Part shown: in pieces, positions 52,101-63,307 of the stretch | Layout: each line of letters opens with the position of its first letter | Position numbering within the stretch: position 1 is the stretch's first letter | NCBI GenBank assembly: GCA_012026655.1 | Contig: JAAILG010000790.1 | Span: 1-64,000, forward strand | DNA from: Hydrolagus affinis | Taxonomy: Eukaryota | DNA: 64,000 nucleotides | Direction: 5' to 3' | Notes under the pieces: generated by a model | Databases searched by the model: none | What the model was told of the DNA's origin: nothing | What the model saw: the letters and a program-made list of their open reading frames with translations, nothing else | Program-made: the position numbers and the translations under genes

Positions 52101-55100
52101 AACTCCAAAAGGTCACAGATAGCCAGAGGAATCTAAAATGTCCCATTGGTGCAGTGGGAGGGGATAGATGCTCTTCTGCACTGGATAGTTGCAACGATTG
52201 AAGCTGTAAACTACACCTAACAAGCTAAAGCAGACCTCCAAAATGCTCAGGCATTAGAAGGAAACAAGAAGGAAATAAGTCCCCAATACCTGAACACCAT
52301 TGCCTTTCGCACGAATGAACACAGATGAATGCCTAATTCTTTTGGAAACATTTTTGGTGGTGCACAATTATCGAAATTTTTTGATTTCAACAAATCTTTT
52401 GACACGATCCGTTTTCTAGCTTAGAAGCTGTATTGAACGCTTGCCATTCTGAAAGCAAAGGCTTTAACCCACAGGTGTCCATTTCCTTTAAATAGTTTCA
52501 TTCATAGTGAAAAGCAATAGCAATGAACTAGAGCATCAATGTGTAACTGTATTGTATCCTTTACCTTTTCAAGCCAAATCTAGGCATTGTAGCAGAGAAA
52601 CTAAAAGTGTGTGCTGCACAGATACAGAATCTGAAACGTTTTATTTCTCTACAAATAAGGTTTCTATCAAACCCAGATGAAGCTTCACGCAAAATATGAA
52701 TCTATCCTTTCTAAAATGTTATTTTACTTTCATTCTAAGTAACTGCTTCGTAAATGCATTTATGATTTGCCTTCTTCGTTTAATAATGCATTTCTAAAAA
52801 TAGAAGCATTTTAAATTGCTTAGAGATGATTCTTGTGTTCAAAACATCAATCTTCATTTTTTTTGGTAGAGTCGACCCAAATAGTTTTTGTACCTGTAGC
52901 TGGAAGGGTTTAAAATAAAACATCTGCATTGCCAATATTGGTTTTATAATGAGGTAGTTAATTCAAATATCGTCTTTGGAAAGAATGTAAACTACTATGA
53001 ATCCTGTTCCTATTTGCTTACCTTTGCCACTGTTCTGATTTGCTTACCTCATCAAGCCTTAGCAATCGTATGCATACAATATTATTATAAAAATGTACTT
53101 TACTATTATTCTAATTGTTTCTATGTAGCTCTCATCCACACAAGTTTGTTGAATTTTTAGCAATAAACTGTACAATGCTGTGCCTCGGAATTTTCTACAA
53201 ATGTAAAATATTGTCTGTCGTTTCAAAATGTGATAAATGCCACAAATCATTGTTTTAGACTGGCCAGGTGTGTGTGCATAGCATTTAAAGACTTAACTTA
53301 TTTGAGCAGTGATGTCTAAAATGGATTATTCACATACAAGGTTCAGTGCGTTATTTATGACACAACATATCTGGTTTGTTAATATCACATTGTAGTCCCC
53401 AATACAGGTCAGAATATATCACAATGTACATTTATCAGATATACAATGGCAATGGAATCATCTACATTGTCTTTTAAAACATCCCAAATAAATAATGATA
53501 ATGTAATTTTTTTTTGTAAATGGGGCAGATGCTAAGATATTGGAATCCCTCCCAAATTGCAGACAACACGATACAACCTAAAGGTACATAACAGACAGAC
53601 TGAGGAATGACAGTTGTAAGCTTAAAAAAAAGTCCAGTGCCAAGTTTTATTATAGCATTAGTTCAATGTGAAGCAACTGAGAAAAAATGCAAGCCAGGTT
53701 CTCTTCTCGCCCCCCCACCACCCCATCAACAACAATAACATTACATTGATAGAGCGCCTTTCACCTTGGGAAGACGTCCCACCACTCATTTGTAAGGGAA
53801 CAACCAATATTTAAATGATCTTAAAAGTAGCTTCCCAATGCATGATCTGCCATATAGTGCCAAATCAGTCCTTTTTGCTGTACTTTTAATTATTAATTAT
53901 GGTGCCTTGTATCCCATTTTCTTTTTTATACAATAGTTTCTAAGAAAACGAATCACTGAATATTGGTGAACTGTGTATTGTTTAATGTACACTTCAAAGG
54001 ATATCTTTGCTATTGTGGGGGCATTAATACTGTATTTGTTTCCTTTGGAAAGAGCCAGGAGTCATTCTTAATACATGTCTAGGTGGCACCAAGCGAAAAT
54101 GTTTCCGCAAACAATGGAAATGAATGAAAATTGCTTTGATGAAAATCCTTTACACTTTACAGGGTGATGGTAATGCATCGATCCGTCTAAAGAACTAATT
54201 GTCAATGTTTCCCTCTCGCTGTCAAAAGGCTGTGTTATCCTAGAAAGCTAATAAACTATTCTTCAGTACTTGGGTGTTTTGTTTTTTAAAAATCTTTTTT
54301 GTGTTTAAAAACAGAACAATGCTGCCTTCAGGTGGCAAACTGGTGAAACTGCATCTACCTGAAGGTCTTCTCACTATGTTAACTTTTCTCAAATACCTGA
54401 TGTAGTAGCACAAAAGTTGTGCTGCAGCATCAAGGAGTAGCAAGAAAAATTGCAGAAAGTCATAAATAAGCAAAATGAGTACAATTTTTTTTAAAATGCA
54501 GTGCGTCAAACTATTTTTATACCACATCACAAAGGTATAACATGCAATCACTCCCAAGGAATGGCTTCATTTTCACATGTTCAAAGAAAAAGACAATTAC
54601 TTGAAATTATTATCTTTGTTAAAATTAACCCAGAACAATGGAATACCCTTCAACTCCATTGGTATCATCATGGCTGCTGTATTTTACAATGAAACTGAAA
54701 ATATCAGATAGTTTATTCCACTCATGGTCAAATGAAACTCGAATTGCGGTTGGTAATTTTGTTAACTTTGTTGACACAAGATTTACATGGTCCAGAAACA
54801 TTAACTGAATAATCAATATTCAAACACTTTTACCCCTCCACCTCAACTTAATGGAAACATCACTGTGTGCATGTTTATGGTTTCATGTAACAAAAAAAAC
54901 CTCACAATTATTTAGTGCCTTTACATATAAACATCTCAAATTTCTTCACAAAATACCACTGGTTGGAAATGAAGTGAATGTTGTTATGCTGGTATGATGG
55001 CAGCTAATGTGAACCAGTCACAGCCCATCAACAATGCAATGAACAGCCATTTCTTACCATTTGATATTTGAGATAAATCTGGATTAGGAGACAATATAAA

Positions 55101-55139
55101 CCAGACTAACCAAAATTCTAGTTGTTTGAAATACCATAT

Positions 55140-55545
55140 CAGCATTCTTGTTCCAAAATACATTAGGTTACATTCAACTACATTAAAATTCATCTGCCAC
55201 TCCTTGTCCCATCTGCTTAAGCGGTCCAGAACTTTGTGAATGCAATTTATCTTCAAATTGTTCATCAAATCACATAGCTCAATACCATTAGCGGAAGTAT
55301 AATATTACCAAATACTCATTTCAGACATTTAGTCACAACAGGAACCAGAATAGAATGCTCGGCTCACACTCCTCTAAAAGTTGAAGCTTTATTTAATTTG
55401 CTATTGCTAAGCCAGTTTTCATACCACTCAGCTATTCTTTACATTAATTGCATGAAAATGAACTCCGCCTGACACACAATTTTATTGTATGCCTTTGTAA
55501 AAATCCATGTTAACTTAATCCACTTATGAACCCTCATCCATTAGT
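55140..55545 (-). mobile_element. Decayed CR1-type LINE reverse-transcriptase fragment
   Basis: Minus-strand translation gives VLDRLSRWDKEWQMNFNVVECNLMYFG (CR1 consensus DLDRLxxWAxxWQMxFNxxKCxVMHFG) and upstream MDF..KAYNKI and SILVP remnants. Confidence 0.8.
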
Positions 55546-55806
55546 TTAGCTGCACACATTAATGAGCCATACGATTAGTTCTAATTCTATGCTCACCACT
55601 CCGTTAGCCCAAAAATATACAGTATATTCTGTAAAGTGCTATTCGTTTCAAGGCTTCCTCCTCGTATGAAAGGCAAGTGCAAGGATAAGCATTATTATTT
55701 TGGTTTTGTGAATGAGAACAGATTTGGAAGTAGGAAATTGCTAATTTCATTGGGTTTCACACCAAAGATTAAGTTCACTTCCTATGGATGATGTTTCCCC
55801 ACATCT

Positions 55807-56118
55807 GGAGTGCTGCAGCTCAGTGGTTAGAGCACTCACCGTACAAACAAGAGACCCGAATTCAACTCCAGGCAGAGTGAAACATTGGGCAAGTTTTCTT
55901 GCTCCACACGCCTAATAATCATCCCTTAAAAAAAAAAAAAAAATTGGTAATTTCAATCCACGACTGTTTGTGGCACACAGCTGTGTGCTATTGGCTGTGG
56001 TTCACCCATATATATAGTCAATTCACTTTACAGTATATTCTATGAAGCATTTTGAGACATCTAGAAGATATGAAAAGCGCTATATTAAATGCAAGAATTA
56101 TTATTCTATTATTATTAA
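55807..56118 (+). mobile_element. Full-length tRNA-SINE downstream of the SVIP stop codon
   Basis: GGAGTGCTGCAGCTCAGTGGTTAGAGCACTC head, internal A-run, (ATT)n tail. Confidence 0.9.
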
Positions 56119-57131
56119 CTGTGTGATAGAAATACAACACAGTAACCATCACTGTTTGGTATTGTATGGTTTTTACTGCACCAAAATATAGCACTTACAA
56201 TCCGCTTTTCATTCATTAACCGTTGGCTCTATGTTGATGTTTTAAATTATTATCTTTGAATATTGAGCTCAAAAAAAGCTCAATTGTGTTCTTGTGTTTT
56301 TCAGATCAATGGAAATTTGGTAAATAATCTGCAAGTGTTGTGATGCTGTTGTTACAGAATACAGTAAAGTGTCTACTTATCCAATGATACATTAAGCAAC
56401 ACTAATACTGCAAAGTAGTTTTATTTTAGTCCTAAAATGAAGCATTTTGAATAGCTCACTTACATACTCGCAGAGGTAGTTGAGTGAATCCACATGTCTG
56501 GATTGCCTCTTAAATAGATCAAAGAGATTTGGCCCATTTAAGGGATTCTACAATTTCGGTAGCAAAAAATAAAGTTCAGCAATGAATCCTAAACATTAAT
56601 GCGTTCAATTGAAAGAGCCCCGAAAATAATTCTCAACACTATAATGAACAGAAGTGGTAGCATTTTTCATTCACCTTCCCACACTATCCAAGGCACTAAA
56701 GGTTAAAAAATTGCACTGTTGATAAATCTAGAAAAACAAGTCTAAGAAAGCTAGTTAAATAATTTAATTTTTTTTAAATTCCACAATCAGTAGATAGCTA
56801 CATTAGCTTATGAATAATGGCAATAGACATAAAGTAAATATTTTAGCTTTACAGTCTCCAAATCAAGACTAAGCACTAGCAGCACACATATCTTCCGTAG
56901 CTTCACTTTTGTTAAACAACTTGATTGGCCAAGTGTTTGTAAACTTAGGGAGGGTTATAAAAAGTGTGTTTTTTGGAGAGCCTTTGTGCTAAGTGCTAAG
57001 CATGGCACATTGCTGGATCTTTCTAACCACACAACATCAAAAGCCACGAAAACACAAGCCTCTCAGTAACTGGAGCCGGTAAAATCCATGTTGGCAACAG
57101 AAGTTCGTCTTCCTTCAGATTTCCAGATAGT

Positions 57132-57146
57132 TTAACCAATTTGCCA
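57132..57146 (-). CDS. SVIP: SVIP terminal coding exon 4 (WQIG*)
   Basis: Strong acceptor TTCTTTTTTCCCCTCCCAG then TGG CAA ATT GGT TAA, equivalent to human ...GGLR|WTVS*. Total protein 83 aa. Confidence 0.88.
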   Translation of the reverse strand, partial: WQIG

Positions 57147-57820
57147 CTGGGAGGGGAAAAAAGAACAATTATTTGTACACCATTTAAAGATTGCAGCTGT
57201 GTATCACATAAACGTATTATATGACAGAGTATAATAAGTTACCTGAATCTGTCTGTTAATCCATCACAACCTCAAGAGAACAGTTTCTTGGTTGCTCAAC
57301 ACTTGCAACATACTATCTTTACCTTTAAGAACACTGAACCTAGATAATACCACACTACACATAACAAAATACCTGTACCTAGCTGTGCACAATTGACTGC
57401 TGCGTTTCGCCCACAAATATACAGTCAATTCAGACAGTTATATTAAATTAACACGCATAAACACGTATCATTAGCTTTTTGGCCAGAACTGAACTCAATC
57501 CAAGTAGTCCAAACAGCTGTGCGAACACTTCAAAACCAGTGAATTCTATCCCTCAGTGTCATTTCAGACAGAAACTCCAGTAGTTCGACCGGCCAGTGAC
57601 ACTATTTTCTGTTAGCAATGTTCCTGGTCAGCCTGTGCATGTGTAAATTAAACTACAAAGCTAATTGGAAACAGTTGCAAAAGCAGCTTATCCTATTCTC
57701 CCACCATTCTCTGTGTTGTCTCATCAACCCAACCATGCCTTTGCTGCGTCAGGCAAATTGCCATATACATGCACCTAACTGAACGTGACAAGATTTCTCT
57801 CACTACAAACTTTAGCTTAC

Positions 57821-57943
57821 CCGAAGACCTCCTCCTCCACCTCCTCCACCTCCCCCTGTTGACCCTTCAATTTTCTCCATCTCCTGTTGCTTCTTCTTCT
57901 TTCGCTCCACGGATTCTGGATTTTTAACGCCTCTGCTCACATT
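57821..57943 (-). CDS. SVIP: SVIP coding exon 3
   Basis: Encodes NVSRGVKNPESVERKKKKQQEMEKIEGSTGGGGGGGGGGLR (human ..SRGI...SVQEKRKKKE...GGLR); AG acceptor at 57945-57944; donor CGG|GTAAGC; 123 nt. Confidence 0.92.
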
Positions 57944-58589
57944 CTTCACAATAGAGGAAACAATGCATCAAACTTTAGGCTGTACTGAACGGACTACATG
58001 TCAATTAAAGCAACAACAACAAAATTACACCTGTATAGCATCTTTCACAAATATACAGCACATTCACAAGTGGTAAATTACATTTAGAAGGAGGTCTTGT
58101 TCATACTGAGTCTGCTTCAGATAAGCCAGTGTTCACGACAATGCTGTGTATTGCATTACACTACAGTAATATGCCTCTCAGTAAAACATTGATAGCAGAA
58201 GAATACAACCTAAGTAAAATATCATACATGCTTAAAATATGAAGGTAGGGCTGGTTAAGCCTACAGTTACTACTATAATCTTCAAGCTATCCCTTTTAAT
58301 GTCTGAAAAAAAAGATCATCTACAAATCAACATTTTATAGTTCTTCAATTGTTCCAAAATTGTTTAGTCTGTGTTTAGACTATTACGAGGGATATATTTA
58401 TAGGTGATTCAAGATTTTAATAAGTATATTTAACACAGTGTTCTGTGGGGGAATCTAATGTACCACAAGAGGAAATAGTGGAATGTGGGCTGCTGCCCAT
58501 CCCCCAAATAAAAAAAGGCCTGCGCATTTAGCAGAGCCGTTTTGCGTCAAGTCATCCTCGGGTAGAGGAGTACGAGTTCCCATTCTCAC

Positions 58590-58640
58590 CTCCTTTTGAC
58601 GCTTCTCTGCAGCTTCTGCTAGTTGCCGTCTTCTCATTTC
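58590..58640 (-). CDS. SVIP: SVIP coding exon 2 (VCP/p97-interacting motif, VIM)
   Basis: Acceptor TTCTTTCTCAG; encodes EMRRRQLAEAAEKRQKE, containing R-x5-AA-x2-R; donor GAG|GTGAGA; 51 nt. Confidence 0.94.
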
Positions 58641-60284
58641 CTGAGAAAGAATAAAATAATTCAAGATTTCAGCAGAGTGCAGATAAAAACTATATAAGCT
58701 TCGATAACATTAGCTCCTAATGTTTTCGTCATTTTCACTTCTGACTGAGTATCACCATTGAGAAAACTCTTTCCCCGATGCCCAGGCTGTTTCTTTTCTT
58801 TCTATCTAACCCCCCATCCCCCCCTCCAACACACCTCCCTAAACTGCAATAACCTAGTCTTTTTATTTACAATTACCCATGTGAAGCTTCAAGTGTTCAT
58901 CCAATTTACCTTGCTAGTGACCACACCACAAAGATTCACAACAGGACACAAGAAGTAATTAAAACTCATTAATACTAAATGATGCCTCACTGATGTAAGA
59001 CGAAAGGGATGCGCCTCCTCTCATTAAAGTTTACAAAGTGATTTCATCCTAAATGAAACAACACATTGTTGTTCATTCCAACGTTAAATCAAAAGGGCAT
59101 TATGTGACTCATGGGTGGACATTTAACCATTTACACCAGTACTCAGCAATCTCCTGTGTGCTTGTGTGTGTTATAGAACTATTACTCCATTGTTCTATAT
59201 TATCTGATAGTGCGAGTTATCGACAAACAGAATATAATTCATTAGGTGATTAAATATAGCGAAGCAGCAAACACAACATCTGAAAGGTTAGAAAACAAAT
59301 GGGAGGGTTTCTTTTGGGTTGCAGTTAATGGGAATAATGTGTAATTCTGGGTTCACGCTATGCCCTAAATCCACTCCATGTAAGCCTCTTTCTGTTTGTT
59401 TTCAGCCTCCCATTTGGTCTACATAGATCTCAATTCACATCAACACAAAATGTGTTCTAATTTGCAAATTGTGTTAACCATGTGTAAACACACATGTACA
59501 AAGGGGATTCCAGGTGGCTTTAATTATATAATTAACAAGTAATCTAATGAGTAAAGATGATTTGGTAATCCTTTAGATCAGTTTTAATTATAATTTTAAT
59601 ATTCTCTGTAGCCTTGCCTTAAAACAACCTGCTAATTAGACATTGTTATTATTGGAAGATCACAATGAGTTGCAACTGTACCAACAAATACATTTTGCCA
59701 TACTCATGTTTTAGACCCAGACAAACAAGATCCACCACTCCCTATACTAAGATAAATAAGACTGTGCTAATCTTGATTTAACGCACAAGGATTAGAACGT
59801 ATTACAGCAACACAAAATAGGGTCAACTCAATGGAGCCCTTCAAGTATTACTCCAGGCATGAATCACAAAGATTGCCACATCCCTTGAGTTCACCAAGAT
59901 AACAGCAAAAAAACTCTCAAAAGATTAAGGAGTTCTTAAAACTGCTAAAAAAAACAACAACAACCTGCAACCAAACCTACGCTTGAGACCAATTCACTGG
60001 GCAACATTAAAACAAGATAGACAGATACGTTAGCATCTTAAAAGTTATGACAAAAGAAGGACTGAAACATTTGCCAATATCTAATAAACTGCTTGTTGGA
60101 CTGAATGGCTCCTTCTGCTCCAGTTCTACGTTCCTAAAGAAAGGTGTAATTGTAGCTTCAGATAGAATCGAGGAACTTAAACTTGAAAGAACCTGAAATA
60201 ATACAAATATACCATGTGTTTCCTGAGTTTTAAAAATACGACAAGACCTGTTGGCTACTCCCGCAAGTCCCTCTATTCGGGCAT

Positions 60285-60435
60285 CGTTATTATTATTATA
60301 TCAAATGTAATGATTATTATTATTATATCAAATCAAAACATTGTGATTATTATATTGCAGTTATTATATCACATATCATTGTGATTATTATATCAAACAT
60401 AAGGATTATTATATCAAATGCAAACATCATTATCA
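60285..60435 (+). repeat. Degenerate minisatellite of GATTATTATATCAAA(TG) units
   Basis: About 6 imperfect tandem copies visible. Confidence 0.75.
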
Positions 60436-60502
60436 ATGTATAACGTATGTACGTCGCATCGTTATATCCAACGCAGCAAAGATGGCCGTTGCTACGTTGA
60501 CG

Positions 60503-60995
60503 ATAATAATAATTCTTCCAATTTGATAGCGCGCCTTTTCACGTCTGTCTCCAGACAGACATCTCAAAGCAAAGTAAAGTGAATCGACTGAATGTACATA
60601 TTTTGTGGGCGAAACGCGGCAGCCAATTGCGCACAGCGACGTCCGCCCCCCCACCCCCCCCACTCCCCACAAACAGACTCAGATTATTGAAACGACCAAT
60701 NNNNNNNNNNNNNNNNNNNNNNNNNNNNNNNNNNNNNNNNNNNNNNNNNNNNNNNNNNNNNNNNNNNNNNNNNNNNNNNNNNNNNNNNNNNNNNNNNNNN
60801 NNNNNNNNNNNNNNNNNNNNNNNNNNNNNNNNNNNNNNNNNNNNNNNNNNNNNNNNNNNNNNNNNNNNNNNNNNNNNNNNNNNNNNNNNNNNNAAACTTG
60901 CCCAAGGTTTGGTCCTGACCTGACAGGATTCGAACACATGCGCACACACACACACACACAGGGGTCTCACGCTTGTAAGACGAGCGCTCTAACCC
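60503..60995 (-). mobile_element. tRNA-SINE in SVIP intron 1, spanning the assembly gap
   Basis: Tail/body at 60503-60700 and head (AAACTTGCCCAAGG...GCGCTCTAACC) at 60894-60995, either side of the N-run. Confidence 0.85.
60701..60893. other. Assembly gap (193 N)
   Basis: Run of n characters. Confidence 0.99.
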
Positions 60996-61360
60996 TCCCT
61001 CCCTCCCTCCTCCGGCCCCCGGGCCGCACCCGGCCCACCACAGAGGGAAACCTTACCGGATCCGGCGTCTCCACCACATCCTCGGCCGCCCCTCCCAGGC
61101 AGGGCAGGCACATACCCATGCTGAGGGCTTCCCCCTCCCCCACCACACCCTGGGGGACAAGGGTACACAGAGCCGGGCGCCGCCGCCGATCGGTGTCTCC
61201 GGTGAAGCAGCGGAAGCGGCAGCGAGGCGTTCCCGTCAATGTTTACCTCCTCTCGGTCTCCACTTTCCCGCCCCCTCCAAGCCAAGGAGGGTGTGACGGC
61301 AGGCAGGCAGGCAGGCACCTCTGGAGCGGTGCCGCCGGTCACAGCGCCACCTGTAGGTTG
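60995..61360 (-). promoter_or_regulatory. CpG island / SVIP promoter and 5' UTR
   Basis: The only strongly GC- and CpG-rich block in the window; spans SVIP exon 1. ETS-like CGGAAG at ~61211 and CTCF-like motif at 61343-61357. Confidence 0.8.
61057..61119 (-). CDS. SVIP: SVIP coding exon 1
   Basis: Encodes MGMCLPCLGGAAEDVVETPDP (human MGLCFPCPG...TPD). Gly2 myristoylation site with Cys4/Cys7; donor CCG|GTAAGG; lies in a CpG island. Confidence 0.93.
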
Positions 61361-61424
61361 GGTTGAAGTAGCGCAGTTCAGCCCTCTATCACTCACTCAC
61401 TCACTCACTTCACAATTATCTACA

Positions 61425-61550
61425 ACAATAATAAACCTAATAATAATTCATAATTTAATCACAATCACCCCAAATAATCACAATACCCATAATAAGTATA
61501 ATAATAATCATATTAATAATCATCGTAATCACACCAAGAATCCTAATAAT
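61425..61550. repeat. Degenerate (AAT)n low-complexity tract (expanded SINE tail)
   Basis: Contiguous with the SINE tail at 61540; preceded by (TCAC)n at ~61390-61408. Confidence 0.75.
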
Positions 61551-62020
61551 CCTTGCATTTTGATCTAGCGCTTTTCACGTCTTCGAGATGTCTCAAAGTG
61601 CTTCGCGGAATGTGCCGTCAGGCAAATTGACATATATTTGTATGTATACGGTAAAAGCACGTTTATCCGGCACCCGATCAACCGTAAATTCCGTATAACC
61701 GGCATCGCAAAAAAAATAAGGTCCGCGTTCGATTAACCGGAACTTATCCCAAAAAATGCATAACTATTTTTTTTCAAATTGTTTTGCCATTTTTCGCTGA
61801 AAATCCAGCACGCGCTATAACCGGCATTGGCCATGTCCCGAGAGTGCTGGATAAATGGTCTTTTACTGTATATTCTGTGGGCGAAACCCGCCAGCCAATT
61901 GCACACGGCAGGGTCCCACACAAACCATCGTAGATTGACGCGACCATTTTTATTGTTTTCTGTTTTTGTTCTTTTGAGGGATTATTATCAGGCACGTGGA
62001 GTAAGGAAACTTTTGCCCTG
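61540..62020 (-). mobile_element. 5'-truncated tRNA-SINE interrupted by a MITE
   Basis: Tail at 61540-61645 and body at 61870-62020 rejoin to the family consensus once 61649-61868 is removed. Confidence 0.85.
61649..61868. mobile_element. Tc1/mariner-pogo (Tigger-like) MITE, 220 bp
   Basis: 25-bp imperfect TIRs (CGGTAAAAGCACGTTTATCCGGCAC vs reverse complement of the right end CAGTAAAAGACCATTTATCCAGCAC, 20/25). TA on both flanks; internal TATAACCGGCAT repeats. Confidence 0.85.
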
Positions 62021-63307
62021 GCTTGCTGGGAATCAGTGGAGAAAATCAGCTCAAGCAAATATGGACAATATCTTGCCATGTTAATATGAGATACTTAGTG
62101 TCTTTTTCCTCCCCTTATAAAGCTTTGCCCACAAAATACACGGCCACTCTACTTTACAGGATGTCCTGTGATGCGTTTTAGACGTCTCAATTATGTGATG
62201 ATGCACCATATTGAATGTAAAGATTATTATTATTCATAATGGAAAGCGATGCAAAATCCCAGAATAGTTTGTGATTTCTTGAAAGATGTCCTTTTAATCG
62301 GCTGCTGCGTTATGCTCACAAAATGTAAAGTCAATTCACTTTACAGCGTATTCTGTGAATCGCTTTGAGACGTCTCGAAGACATGATGAGGCGCTATATG
62401 AAATGCAAGGATTATTATTATAATAATGTCTAAGAAGTTACCACAGAGAGGTTTATACAGTTGTAAATAAGATTGGATACGTAAACCTAGACCAAAATTT
62501 TTAATGCAAGAAGTATTTTTAGAGTTACACAGGGAAATTTCAGAACAAATACAAGGAAGCAATGAGACTGGACAAATGGCCTTCTTCACCCCAACTGACT
62601 ATATGAGAAAAAGATAATTTAGTACCCACATTCTGCATCAATCATATCTAATGGTTAAATTAAATTTGAATTACTTCTACACTTCATACCTAATGGGGTA
62701 TTAACAGAATTCTTACTTGAGATCCTTGGGATCTAATTTATGTCACACCCATTTCATTCAAGATAACTTACACTGTTGAGAATGTTAATCATACTCTGTG
62801 GATCCTCCTCAAATGTCTGTTTGTAATGAGACTATTTTATAACGAGAAAAGTGTCATTATGAAATGGGTTTCTTTTATTGTGTAGGGTGTATTTTAGATC
62901 TAATGAAGTCTGAGTTGTTACTCCCAAACACCAGCTGAAACATAATGTTCAGCAGATAAAGGAAAGAACACGATAACCCAGTTATGGAACACTAAAAGTG
63001 TGCAGATTAGCTATTTTTTTATCTCACCACCCCATTACTTTAGACAAAGCTAATATTTTTTTAACTGAGTCGTTAAACTGTAATAGTTTAGTGAAGGTGG
63101 TAATTCTGGTGACATGGACATCATTAACATTAATGTGAGAGCCAGTTTACAACTCCAATGTTAATATTTCAGAGGAGAGAATACTGACAAAAAAAAGCTA
63201 AGAGCCTAGGATGTTGAATTTGTTTTGTGGAACAAGGAAGTTTAATCATTTAAGGAAACATACTAATAGTATACGTGGTTGATAGTGAAGATCTATAGCT
63301 CACCTGG

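Noticed and set aside
60967-61239. N-terminally extended SVIP ORF (MTGTPRCR...)
   Set aside because: Starts at TTG, not ATG; SVIP needs Gly2 at the N-terminus for myristoylation, which fits the ATG at 61119.
60539-61366. Long ORFs (253, 143, 114 aa) in the ORF track
   Set aside because: Artefacts of reading through the 193-N gap, SINE sequence and the GC-rich antisense of SVIP exon 1.
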